A DNA stretch of 63,112 nucleotides, counting the filler, from Octopus bimaculoides (lineage: Eukaryota), in assembly GCF_001194135.2 (NCBI RefSeq). It is 4 parts of 4 records of this genome, joined end to end, with 100 filler letters (N's around TTAATTAATTAA, not from the genome) between each part and the next. Parts side by side here need not be neighbours in the genome. Positions count along the whole stretch, not along the records: positions 1 to 28,708 come from NC_069005.1; 3 more parts are not named here. The stretch is one strand, 5' to 3'. The stretch's first letter is position 1. The number at the start of each line of letters is the position of its first letter. A program made the translations under genes and the position numbers. Positions 1 through 12,919 of this stretch are shown here, piece after piece. The notes under the pieces are model-generated. The model made no database searches and was not told where the DNA came from. It saw nothing but the letters and a program-made list of their open reading frames with translations.

Positions 1-769
1 ATATATATATATATATATAGGGAGAGAGATTGATGTCAAGAATTTAGAAACTTTCAGGGAGAATGTAAAATAATTCTTGTTTAATGATTGAACTCAAAGT
101 GCAAAAACTGTAAATAATAGCATGTAAAAAGTCACTTACCCATGTAGAATACTTGTCCTGGTCTGTAAACATGATGACCGTTCTACCATTGAACCAAAGC
201 AGCTCTTTATTGCATATTATTATTTATAGTGGCAAAAGCTGGCAGACTCATTAGCATACCAGGCAAAATGGTTAGCAGTATTTCGTTTGACTTTAAGTTC
301 TGACTTCATTTGCCACTATGGTTTACTGTCTTTCATCCTTCTGGGTTTGGTAAAATATGTGTAAGTTGAGTACTGGTTTCAATGTAATCAGTTTAGTCTC
401 CTCCCCCAAAATTTCAGGCCCTTGTGCTTGTAGTAGAAAAGATAATTCATAGCTTTTCCATTTTGAATTCAGCTATTAGAAACAAATTGTGTATGTGTGT
501 GTGTATTGGAACCTCTCTTGAAAGATTCTAAACCAAACTCAGTAATTTGATTGGCTGTTGTACATTTCCAAAGTTTTGCTGTAATAATTTGTACTTCAAA
601 AAAAAAAAAAAAAAAAAAAGATGTTGACACTTTTGAGTGATTAATGAATGGAAACTTCATTCTTCAAGCAAACTTCATTCTTCAAGCCTTTCTTGCAGCA
701 GGTTTCTAAGTATATCTATTTGAAAATATGATACAAGATCATAACCCTTGAAAATATTTCTCATTGCAG

Positions 770-829
770 GCTGTTTTGGAGCCAAATTACAGTTCAGCTT
801 ATGCCAAATTCTGTACATTTTTAATGATG
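770..829 (+). CDS. eIF4G: eIF4G exon A ([20 protein letters not shown]), MIF4G
   Basis: ttgcag acceptor, gtgagt donor, 60 nt, phase 0/0. Confidence 0.9.
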
Positions 830-3800
830 GTGAGTATTTTACTTAAGAATTAATTATCAAAATGTATAAATGTACACATCATTCTTGTTCCTTGCAATTT
901 AGATATTGAAGCTGACTGTTACTGTTTTCCTCTTTGACTTGCAGCTGAAAGTGCCTTCCAAAAATAATCCTGAAAAGAATGTTGACTTCCATAGCTTGCT
1001 ATTAACAAAATGCCGGCAACAATTTGAAAAGGATAATGAAAGTGAACAGAAAATTCTTGATTTGAAAGAAAAAATAGAAGCAGCAAATGTGAGTTGAAGT
1101 CAAATCTTTTATTTGCTTAATCTCTTGTATTTATTGCTAACCACTTGTGAAATAATTAAGAATCAGTAGAACCACAAGAGTGTTGGATAGAAATTCCTTG
1201 CAGTATTTTTTTTGATGAAGTACATTTCAAGATCAGACCTCACTGTGGTCAATTTTGTCTTTCATCCATTCAGGGTTGTTTAAAAAAAAAGTACCAATTT
1301 AAGGCAGTAAATTGACAGATGGGTTGATGGGATGTCTTGTATCTAGGTCTGTGTATTCTGCGTTAAATCTCCATCTTGTCACTGAAAAACAATAACACAT
1401 ATCAGGAGTTACAACCGACTGATGAAAATATAGTTCAATTAGGTTCAGTTAGGTTCAATTTGTGAAATAGGGTAGAACCTTTTTTCCAAGTTAAACTGAA
1501 GTAAATAGTTGTGTGTTTGGCACAACGTCATGATGCAACCGCTCCAGCAGAGTCTGAAGTCAGTGTAAGGAGTGCAGGGTCACCTTACTGAAGTAAAAAG
1601 AGTTACCTGTTATTTTCTTTTTTATACCTTGTTTCAGTCATTAGACTGTGGCTATGCTGGGACACTGCCTTGAAGAATTTTTAGTCAAATGTATTGAGCC
1701 CAGTACCCCCCTCCCGCCTTTAAAGCCATGTGTTTATCCCATCAGTGACTTTTGCTGAACTGCTAGGTCATAAGGACATAAACCACCAACATCGATTGTC
1801 AAGCAGTGGTAGTGGTGACACACACATGCACACAGATATATATGATGGGCTTATTCCAGTTTCCATCTACCAAATCCACTCTTGATGCTTTGGACGGCCT
1901 GGGGCTATTGTAGAAGACACTTGCCAAAGGTGCCACACAATGGGACTGAACCCAAAACAGCGTGGTTGGGAAGCAAACTTCTCATCACAGTCATATGGAT
2001 TATTTTCAAGTAAAAATTTTAAAAGGAAAAAAAAAGAAATAAAAATGTTTCTGTTAGAAATGATACAAAAATTGTGTTTGGAATAATGTTTTATGCAAAA
2101 TTAACCAGGAATTTCATACAACAAATTTGGCTCCTAACTGGGTCTTCTTTCTTAGTCAACATCAGGGACCCTAGTAATATCTGTTTGCAAAATTCGTAAG
2201 TTCTGTAATGGACTGAATTTGTTTTATTTTCTTATCAACATTTTTTTTCTAAAATTGAGGTTTTTTTTTTCTTTCTTTTTCAGGAGGAGGAAAAGAAAAT
2301 ATTGTTGGAGGAGCTTGATACAGTTATGTATATATCTAGACGTAAATCAGTTGGAAACATTAGGTAAGATTGTCATGAATTGATATCAAATGACTTATGT
2401 GTATAAAATATTAATAAATTTTCAATAGAGATGATTCCTTTTAGTCTTTCGCTTATTTCCAGTCATTAAACTGCAGCCACACTTGGGCACCATAGCTTCA
2501 AAGGGTTTTTTTAGTCAGCTAAATTGACCACGGTGCTTATTTTAAGTCTGGTACTTACTCAATCAGCCTATTTTTTGCTAAGCTGTTACAAGGACATAAA
2601 CAAACCTACAACAGTCTTTTCTGCACAGTTCTCATCTACCAAATTGACTAACAAGGCATTGGTCAACCTAACTCTGTTGTGAGAGACACTTGCCCAAAGT
2701 ACCATGCAGTGGGATGAAACCTCAAAACATGCAGTTGCAAAGTAAACGTCTTAACCACACAGCCATGCCACATGTCTTGTATATACACATGCAGATGTGT
2801 ATATAATTTATATATAATTCATATAGAATTTATAATTTTAAGGCTATATATCTTGGGTAAGTCAGTTAAGTAGGAGGTATTTGGGAACTTCTATCTTTCG
2901 AACTCCCACATCTCCTGGTGAATGAAAAGTGAAAAGTAAAATATGAAAGAAAGAAAAATCTTCGGAAAAACATTATTTTTGCCAGAATTTCCATTACAGA
3001 AACCTATTCTATAGAGAGATTTGAGGTTACTAAGTTACTGAAAGGATTATGCACTGTGCAATTGGTAATTACAGTTTACATGATGTGACTGTATCTTTGC
3101 TACATCACATTCTTATGAGAAGTAAAATCTAATGAAATTATTAAATCAGCCCTTTTTATACCAACCTGCTTGAAACCTTAAATTTCTTTAAATGGAAATG
3201 TAGCATTTTTGATTTGTTTAGCACTTACACTGGTCATATCCAGCCAAAATATTGTACCTTTTTCATGCTAAACCTGACCACGCCAGCCCTGCAATATCAT
3301 TCTAACAATTAAGTTAGCTCATCAAAATCTCAAAGCTACAAAATAATGCATAATCAATTCAAAACAGCATAAATAAGAATTACTTTTGAGAGAATCATCA
3401 TCATCATCATCGTTTAACGTCCGCTTTCCATGCTAGCATGGGTTGGACGATTTGACTGAGGACTGGTGCAACCGGATGGCTACACCAGGCTCCAATCTAA
3501 TTTGGCAGAGTTTCTACAGCTGGATGCCCTTCCTAACGCTAACCACTCAGAGAGTGTAGTGGGTGCTTTTACGTGTCACCCGCACGAAAACGGCCACGCT
3601 CAAAATGGTGTCTTTTATGTGCCACCCGTACAAGAGCCAGTCCAGGGGCACTGGCAACGATCTCGCTCGAAAACCCTACTAGGCCAGTCAGGCGGTACTG
3701 GCAACGGTCACGCTCAGGATGGTACATCTTATGTGAATAGTAAAGGGTTAAATTAATACCTTTCAATATTATTTTACTTAAGATTTCTTTTAAGTTACAT

Positions 3801-6800
3801 CACCATATTACTAATAATAATGTTCTACTAATTCCATCCAATTTTTTTTTTACTTATATTTGAAATGAATCAAAAGTCTCAGACAATGTATTACATTGGA
3901 AATATGATGATCCATCATCATCGTATGTCCATTTTCCATGCTGGCATGGGTTGGACAGTTTGACAGGAGCTGGCCAACCAGAGAGCTACCCAAACTCCAA
4001 TTGTCTGTTGTGGTATGGTTTCTATGGCTGCATGCTTTTCCTAAAGCGAACCACTCTACAGTGTGCTGGGTGCATTTTATGTGCCACTGGCACAGGTGCA
4101 TTCAAACAGCGCTGGCATGATTGCATTTTATGTAGCACTGGCACCTGTAAAGGACAAGCCTGTGTGGACAACAGCAATTTTACTCAGCTTGGCCCAACTC
4201 TTAAGTACAACAAATTACAACTTCTGGTCCCCTGTCATTCCTCAGTGAGGCCCAGTCCAAAGATCACCATTTTGTCCCATGTCTTCCTTTGGAAAAAAAT
4301 TGGAGGTCATGGTGACAGTGAAAAAGTTTTGATTTTGATATCAGTCAAATGCATTTTGAGTTCATAATTAACTTTTCAGCATTTAAACTACTCTGTCAAA
4401 TGTAATGTCTAGTTATTCACTTTGTTTTGAATTAATCTTGCTCAAGAAGGTTATCAATGTTTGTGTGTAATGTTAATTTTTAATCCTTTAGCGTATAAAC
4501 CAGCCATATCCAGCCAAAATATTTTACCTGTTTTATGTTCAAACTGGCTTGATTGGGCCTCTTACACCAACCCAACTATGTCACTCTAAAACTAAGCGAT
4601 CACATTAACAAGATCTCAAAGGTATGAGATAATTGCATGATTAAAAACAATGTGAATAAATAAGTTTACATTTAACAGAGTAATCTGAAAGTTAAAGGGT
4701 TAAGATAGCAGGTGTATAAATATCAATTATTCACAATATCATCATCACCCTTGTTGTTTAACGTCCGTTTTCTATGCTGGCATGGGTTGGACAGTTTGAC
4801 TGAGAGCTTGCGAAGACCTGTTGAGCACAGCCAATCTGATCTGGCAAAGATTCTACAGCTGGATGCCCTTCCTTATGCCAATCACTCTGAGAGTGTAGTG
4901 GATGCTTTTTATGTACCACTGGCACGAGGGCCAGTCAGGCGGTACTGGTATCAACCACACTCAAATGGTGCTTTTTACATGCCACTGGCACAGGAGCCAG
5001 TCTTTAGGAAGTGGCAACAATCACGCTCAAATGGTGCTTTTAACATGCCACTGGCACAGGTGCCAATCAGGCAGTACTATCATCAGCTACGACAACGACT
5101 TCACTTGCCTCAACAGGTCTTCGCAAGCGCAGTTTATTGCCCAATGATTGAAGGGTACTCTTAAACAGGCTGGTTATGCTGCACTGGCATAGGCCATGGT
5201 TATAGTCTCACTTGGCTTGCTGGGTCTTCTTAAGCACAGCTTATCTCCAAAGGTCTCATTGCCTGGGTGAGGCCCAGTGTTTGAAGGTCATGCTTCACCA
5301 CCATCCTCGGTCTTCCTGGGTCTACCTTTTCCTGAGGTTCCTTCTACTGCTAGCGTGTGACACTTTTTCATACACCTGTCCTCATCCATTCGCAACACAT
5401 GACCATACCAGTGCAGTTGTCTCTCTTGCACACCACATCTGTTGCTTCTTAAGTCCAATTTTTCTCTCAGGGTGTTTACACTCTGTCATGTATGCACACT
5501 GACATTACACATCCATCAGAGCATACTGGCTTCATTCCTTGCAAGCTTACACATGTCCTCAGCAGCCACGACTCATGTTTCACTGCCATGTAGCATGACT
5601 GTTTGTACACATGCATCATACAGTCTGCAACAAAACAGGGATATGTATTGGAGTTGTATTGTTTGACCTTGTCACTGATACATTTTGAAGGGCTTTCAGA
5701 AGATATACTCTTTCTCATCAGATGAACATTCTGGAACACATCTGATTCACCCAAAGGCAAATCACTGTTATTTTCTTTTTTTTTCTACATTTCCTAAATT
5801 TTCAAGTGTAAATCCTTCAAAATCAGAATTCTTGCTGAAGCCACATCAATATCTACAAAAATCAATCTCCACTTCAAACTTTGGGGTTTGAGGGGGCAGG
5901 GGACTTGTTGAACATTTCACAATACAGTCATATTTAGGTGGAAATTGTTTTGTCTTGCATTCTCGTACCTTCAAAGATTTTAAGATGAATCAATTATTTT
6001 TAGAATGACATCATTGGATGGTTATGATAGGCCTTATCTCGCTGATTTGAACATAAAACAGGTTGAGTATTTGGGCCAGTTTAAATGCTAAAGAGTTAAA
6101 TTGATGAGAGAAAATATGAAGGAAAATTACTTTATCTCTTATATAGTTTTGTGCAGTGGGTAATATTTTCTCTTTTTAGGTTTATTGGAGAATTGTTTAA
6201 AATGAATATGGTGAAATTAGACATAATGCATGGTTGTCTGGAAAGGTTGTCATCATCTGCAGACGAAGAGAAACTAGAATGTATGTGTAAATTGTTATCT
6301 ACGGTTGGAAAAGTGATAGAGAGTAAAGCGAAGGTAAATATTTTGAATTTCAATTTTGTAGATAGATTTTGTTGCGTGGTTGTTTGTAGAGAAGCTTTCA
6401 GTATCAAATTATCATTGATTCTAGATTGAATCTGTTCTCATGCCATCATGTTTTAACAAGCATTTAAAAACGTTTAATGTAATAATTTAACATAACTAGT
6501 GGTTTTGATTTATTTAAAATACTGACCGTTTTTCAGTTTTTCTAAGATCTGCATTCAGATTTTAGGTCTTAGCAAGATCAATAAATATATGTACCAATAA
6601 ATGCCCTGAGAATAGATTTAATCAAGTGTATTTTGTATAATTGGGGTTAACTTTTGATGTAATAATGCGGCTTGTGCCTGTTAAAAGTCATATGGAAACC
6701 AGGTACAAATAGGTTAGAACTATATGAAACATGGGGTTTTCTGGTATCTGTAAGTGAAATATAGGCAGTGAATATAGTTGTGCTATAGAAAAAGGTGAGT

Positions 6801-9800
6801 ACACCAAGACAACTGAGTTGAGAAAAATGCTGATTATTCAAATGAGTGGCTGATATGTATGTATAAAGGAGACATCTATATTGATGTAGAAATGTTGGCA
6901 CACTTCATCCATTCCATTGTTAAAGTACCATTAACAACAGGAGGTTGCCATAGTAGAGGTTAGTTATAGAAAATAGTGAAGTGGGATAACACAAAATTGT
7001 TGTGGAGTGATGCTATAGTGCAGACTTGCCCAAACCACATCATAGAAAAAATTGGTGTTAAAAAACAATTGTAGACAGCTCAAGACTAGTTATGGCTGGC
7101 TCAAGCCACTGCTGTTTTACTGTGCCTTTGTCCAAGACTTTTCATTCTGAAATGTCCTAGTTTGTTAGCTATAGACACTGTAAGGGAGAAGGTAATCAGT
7201 TGGAACACTATATCTTGCAATTCTTCATCTTTTACATATGTCTACAGGAGACAAAGCTGACAAAATATATTGTGCCAGTTCTGAGATTACATGTTGAGAC
7301 TTGGTTGAGTTGTAGAATTACTTCCTCAAAATATGACCCAGTTCTGACTCTAAGATATTTTAGTAACAAAGTTTTGAGTGATTGTTGTATTTTAAACTTC
7401 TCCCTTACAACTTCCTTTGAACCACTGAAAATGAGGCCTGCAATGTATTATTTGCCAAAATCTCTCAATAAGCTCTCTGCTCTGAAACCTTTCACTGTGG
7501 TAATTACTGCTACCTGTTCTAATTACTCTGAAGAACTATGAGATATGAAAACTCTAAAAGTAAAAGTATCTAGTGTGATTCTTTCTTTAGCTAAATTTTC
7601 ACTTTGTCCATATTTGATAGTAAAAGTTTTGTTTCAATTCCCTTCAGCCAATGTTGAGTTTAAGTTGTTTTCATTGTTCCATTGTATCTGTTACCTATGT
7701 CTCCTGATTATAATTTTAGAATGAAGAAATGAATCGTTACTTCAAAGACATAAGAGCAATTGTTGGAGGCCGGGAAACATCCTCTCGTATTCGATTTATG
7801 CTTTTGGATCTTATTGATCTACGCAAAAACAAATGGGTTCCCCGGCATGCAGAGAAAGGTCCCAAGACCTTGAAAGAACTTCACCAGGACATAGAGAACG
7901 AAGAGATTGAACACCGGTTGAAGATGGACGCTGCTGCTGCCACTCAGCTGTCATCATATTCCTCTCAACGGAATCGAGGGGGGCGTGCTGGCTCAATGGG
8001 ACCTCTCACACCACCACAGGCTAACGACAGTGATGGCTGGAATACAGTTGGAGGAGGACGAACTCTTAGGGCACCAATTGACCCTAGCAAAATGTGGTTG
8101 CCTAAGGTGAATATCTTGCACATCATTAAATTCTTCCTGCATTTGTCTTTTTAACCACCACTTCCTTCCAAATTAAAAGGTTTAGCTATATAGATTGCCT
8201 CGGGCTAAATTATGAACTATTTTTTGAGCTTCTTTGATTGTTAAGAATTAATACAATTCTTGTTCTTTGCACCTTTTTTATAGAATTTAGATTACACTGA
8301 CCAATCAGTATGCTCTACTCTTTCCTTGGTTTTAGATAAACTTGATTCTTGTGCATGAACTATGGCCATATTGAGGGACTGCCTTGAAGGGTTTAGTTGA
8401 ACAAATTGACCCAGTGCTTCTTTTTAAAATCTGGTGCTTCTATTGACTTCTTTTGCCATACTATTACGTTATGAAGAGGTGATTAAACCAACTCTGATTG
8501 TCAAGCAGTGTTGGAGAGAACACACACACACGATGGATTTTCACAGTCTGCCAGATTCACTCGCAAGGCATTAATAGAAGACAGTTGCCCAAAGTGCCAT
8601 GCATTAGGACCGAACCCAAAACCATATGGTTGCAAAGCTAGCTGGTCACACAGCCATGCCTGCACCTCTCTAGATTTTATAATCATATAATGTTTATTTC
8701 CCTTTTCCCTTTTTATTTTATATTTACTGTTTCTTTTTTGTTTTTTTTCTGTCTTCCAGAGTAAGAATGATGACAATATACAGTTGTGTCCAAGTGTTGG
8801 TTCTAACAAATTCGGTATGTGGGGCCGTGGTAGTACGGGGGGAGGCAGCAGCCGTGGTTCAAATAATCAACAGAGTGACAGACTCACAACAACACCAACC
8901 AACAGGTGATTATTTATTAACTATTTATTAACTATTATTTATTAACTATTACTTTGACCCTTTCATTGTTCTATTTTTGCCTTTGTTTCCATTAAATTTG
9001 AGATTAATGAATAATTTATTCAAATAACTTATTTACAGATTCTCGGCTTTGTGCGGTGATGATGAAGATTTATTTAATATGATTGGAAGTGGTGGTCAAG
9101 AAAACAGGCCAGAAATGTTTTCTCGTGGAGGCATGGGTAATCGCCGAAGTGGATCACGTTCTGGTGTAGGACCTTCACCTGGTCAATCTGGTCGCAATCA
9201 GTTTAGTGGTTTTCGTGGAAAGACATTGCCTCGCAGATTTTCGCAAGAGGACAGAAATGTTCAGAGACGTGGCTCAAAGTAAGTATGTGCCTGCCATCCT
9301 GTTATTATGGTGGCAGTCTTGTATTAATGAACTTGATATTAAAATGACTCTCCCATACCACAACTGTTGTCTCCTTCCCAGCTACTTCCACCACTGCCCC
9401 CTTATATATTGTAGTCATGTATCTCTTCTGTAGCGACATACCTGTGGCTGTCCCTCTATCTTATTTGGTATAAAGCCACCTCCCCCTGTTCTACATTCTT
9501 ACTCAGTTGAAGAATCAAATACATGGAGCATGTAAGTAGCAAAAATTTTATAGGTGCAGTCGTGGCTTTGTGGTTAAGAAGCTTGTTTTCCCATTGTTTC
9601 CTCTGGTTTAGTTCCACTGCACAGCATCTCGGGGCAAGTATTTTCTATTATAGCCCTGGACTGACCAAAGCCTTGTAAGTGGATTTGAAAATTGAAAAAA
9701 GTCTTTTGTTGTTGTGTGTGAGTGCAGGCATACTGTTGTGTGGACATCACGTGGTGATTGTAAATGAGCATCACTGTCATACAGACGAGGTTGTTAATTT

Positions 9801-10578
9801 GAAATTTCCCTGAGAGACATGTTTGACCACGGGGGGAAATATTACCTTGCTTGGAAAGAGGTGGGGGTTTGTGACAGGAAAGGCATGCAGCTGAAGAAAT
9901 CTGCCTCCTTGATAAATTCTGTCAGACCTGTGCAAGCATGGAACAGTGGACATTAAAATGATAACGACGATGATGGTTACCAGATTTGAGTCAGCATACT
10001 GAATAAATGAGGCTAGTTGGCTAGATGGTCATTGATTGGCTTCTAGCCAATCAGCAGCTTGTGGAATGGGATTCAGCAACCAGGCATCTGAGATAAGGGC
10101 ATTCCACATTTAAACATAGAAGTGAGCTGGTAAGATGTATAAAGGACTGACTTGGCAAAAGGCACTACTGGAAGACTCCTCTTAAGATATTTAAATCATC
10201 ATGCTAAAATGTACATGTTTTGTCTTGGTGTAAAAAATATTCTGCTCCATACTACAGATTTGCTTGACTGTGACCAGTTGAGCATATCCTTTGGTGGGGT
10301 TCACAATATGTGCATCTCTGATCATGAGCAGGATGAGTGGGGAAATATCGTAGCCATATATTTTTTGTGATCAGAAAGCACTTTCTTGCAAACCCACGCA
10401 CCCCCCTCTCGCTTTTAAACAAACAATAACTTCCATTAGGCTAGTAATCCAGTTCACTGTCAGCTGTCCCAATTCTGCCCATAAGAAAGGAACAAATAAT
10501 ACAATGTGGCTGTAGGTCATAACACTCGGGCAACGCTTGGATTGCTAGCGTGTGTGTGTGTATGTATATATGTATGTA

Positions 10579-10626
<48 letters not shown>

Positions 10627-10659
10627 NNNNNNNNNNNNNNNNNNNNNNNNNNNNNNNNN

Positions 10660-10711
<52 letters not shown>

Positions 10712-12872
10712 GGGTGGCACATAAATGACACCATTTCGTGCGGGTGACACATAAAAGCACCCACTACACTCTCTGAGTGGTTGGCGTTAGGAAGGGCATC
10801 CAGCTGTAGAAACTCTGCCAAATTGGATTGGAGCCTGGTGTTGCCATCCGGTTTCACCAGTCCACAGTCAAATCGTCCAACCCATGCTAGCATGGAAAGC
10901 GGACGTTAAACGACGACGATGATGATACATACATACATACATACATATATATATGTCCAACATGATACGGTTCTTCATATTCTTTTTTATGAACATTAAA
11001 TTATGGTGAAGGAATTTTATTTTACAATGTATTATATTAGATTTTATCAAAGTTTGAAATGGGAAAGACCAACATGTTCAGTGACTTTTTCATGATAAAT
11101 TATTCATGCTCTCTCAGTATTTTGTTGTTTTCTGCAAATAATAGTGATTAAAAGATTTATTTTTTAAAAATGCATTGAAAATACTTAAAGAAAATAAATA
11201 TATAATGCTCATCTTTAGCTTAGTTTATCCATTTATTGCTGTCAGCATAGGTATACAACTCCTGGTGATCTTAGATATTATGGTAGGATTAGCTGTACTC
11301 CAGAAGACCTGCTCACCACAACAGAATTGAGATCCTCAAACCAAGGTACCATGTAAAAAGTATTGGTGTGGGTGCTGGTGCTAGGTAAAAAGCATCCAGT
11401 AGTCTGTAAAATGGTTGGTAGAAGGAAGGGCATCCAACTGGAGAAACCAAGACAAAACAGACTATAGAACCTGGTTTAGCCCCTGGCCATACCAGCTCCT
11501 GTCAAGCCATCTGTCCCATGCCAGCATGGAAAACAGATGTTGATACTGATGATGGGATTAGAGATCAGTGCTGTCAGCTGGCATTTTTAAGTTTCAGAAT
11601 GTTCCTCTTATAGCAAACTGTAACATCTATCTACAACATAGTGGACTGAATCATGTACAAAGATACAAAAATAGTTTTAGTAATTTTTTTAATGATTTTG
11701 AACTCTGTTAACTAAGCACTTGAAGCAGTGTGATTGTATCAAAGAACAACAGATTTTTTGGCAAAACTGGCATTTCATTTACTGATAATTTTTTGAGCCT
11801 TTTACAACTTTCATTGTTTATATAAATACTCTTAATTTATTCAAACTGTAATTCTTCCAACTTTTGACACAGTTGAAAATCTATTGATAATTTGTAATAC
11901 CTGGCAAGATGGTTGGTTCTATAAAGTTGTGTGGTAAATATGATTGTGTGTGTGTATGTATAAAAGTAATTATTGAAGAATAAAGATAAGTTGAGGATGT
12001 GCTTGGTTGATTAACATTTTGATTAGTTTCTAAGATTGTGAAGGCACGTGACTTAGTGGGTTAGGGTATTCAGCTCACTAGCATACAGTTGTATATTCAA
12101 TTCCTGGCAGTGCATTGTCTTCGAGCAAAACACTTTAATTCATGTTGCTCCATGAGTGATACCTGTAATTCAAAGGGCCAGCCCCATCACATTCTGTGTC
12201 ATGCTGAATCTCTCTTAGAACTATGTTAAGGGTACACATGTCTGTGGGGTGCTCAGCCACTTGCATGTTAATTTCACAAGCTGGCATGACTGTGTGGTAA
12301 GAAACTTGCTTCCTAACCACATGGCCCTGGGTTCAGTCCCATTGCATGGCACCGTGGGCAAGTGTCTTCTATGGCTTTGGGCCAACCAAAGCTTTGTGAG
12401 TAGAAACTGAAAGAAGCCCATCATATATATNNNNNNNNNNNNNNNNNNNNNNNNNNNNNNNNNNNNNNNNNNNNNNNNNNNNNNNNNNNNNNNNNNNNNN
12501 NNNNNNNNNNNNNNNNNNNNNNNNNNNNNNNNNNNNNNNNNNNNNNNNNNNNNNNNNNNNNNNNNNNNNNNNNNNNNNNNNNNNNNNNNNNNNNNNNNNN
12601 NNNNNNNNNNNNNNNNNNNNNNNNNNNNNNNNNNNNNNNNNNNNNNNNNNNNNNNNNNNNNNNNNNNNNNNNNNNNNNNNNNNNNNNNNNNNNNNNNNNN
12701 NNNNNNNNNNNNNNNNNNNNNNNNNNNNNNNNNNNNNNNNNNNNNNNNNNNNNNNNNNNNNNNNNNNNNNNNNNNNNNNNNNNNNNNNNNNNNNNNNNNN
12801 NNNNNNNNNNNNNNNNNNNNNNNNNNNNNNNNNNNNNNNNNNNNNNNNNNNNNNNNNNNNNNNNNNNNNNNN

Positions 12873-12919
<47 letters not shown>

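Noticed and set aside
5686-5726. Minus-strand CTGATGA...GAAA as a fourth hammerhead
   Set aside because: Stem II is mismatched, and there is no plausible stem III, NUH site or stem I.
10120-10129. Possible 10-nt micro-exon (catag-AAGTGAGCTG-gtaaga) in eIF4G
   Set aside because: It would shift phase 2 to 0 and break the frame into exon H; the pyrimidine tract is poor.
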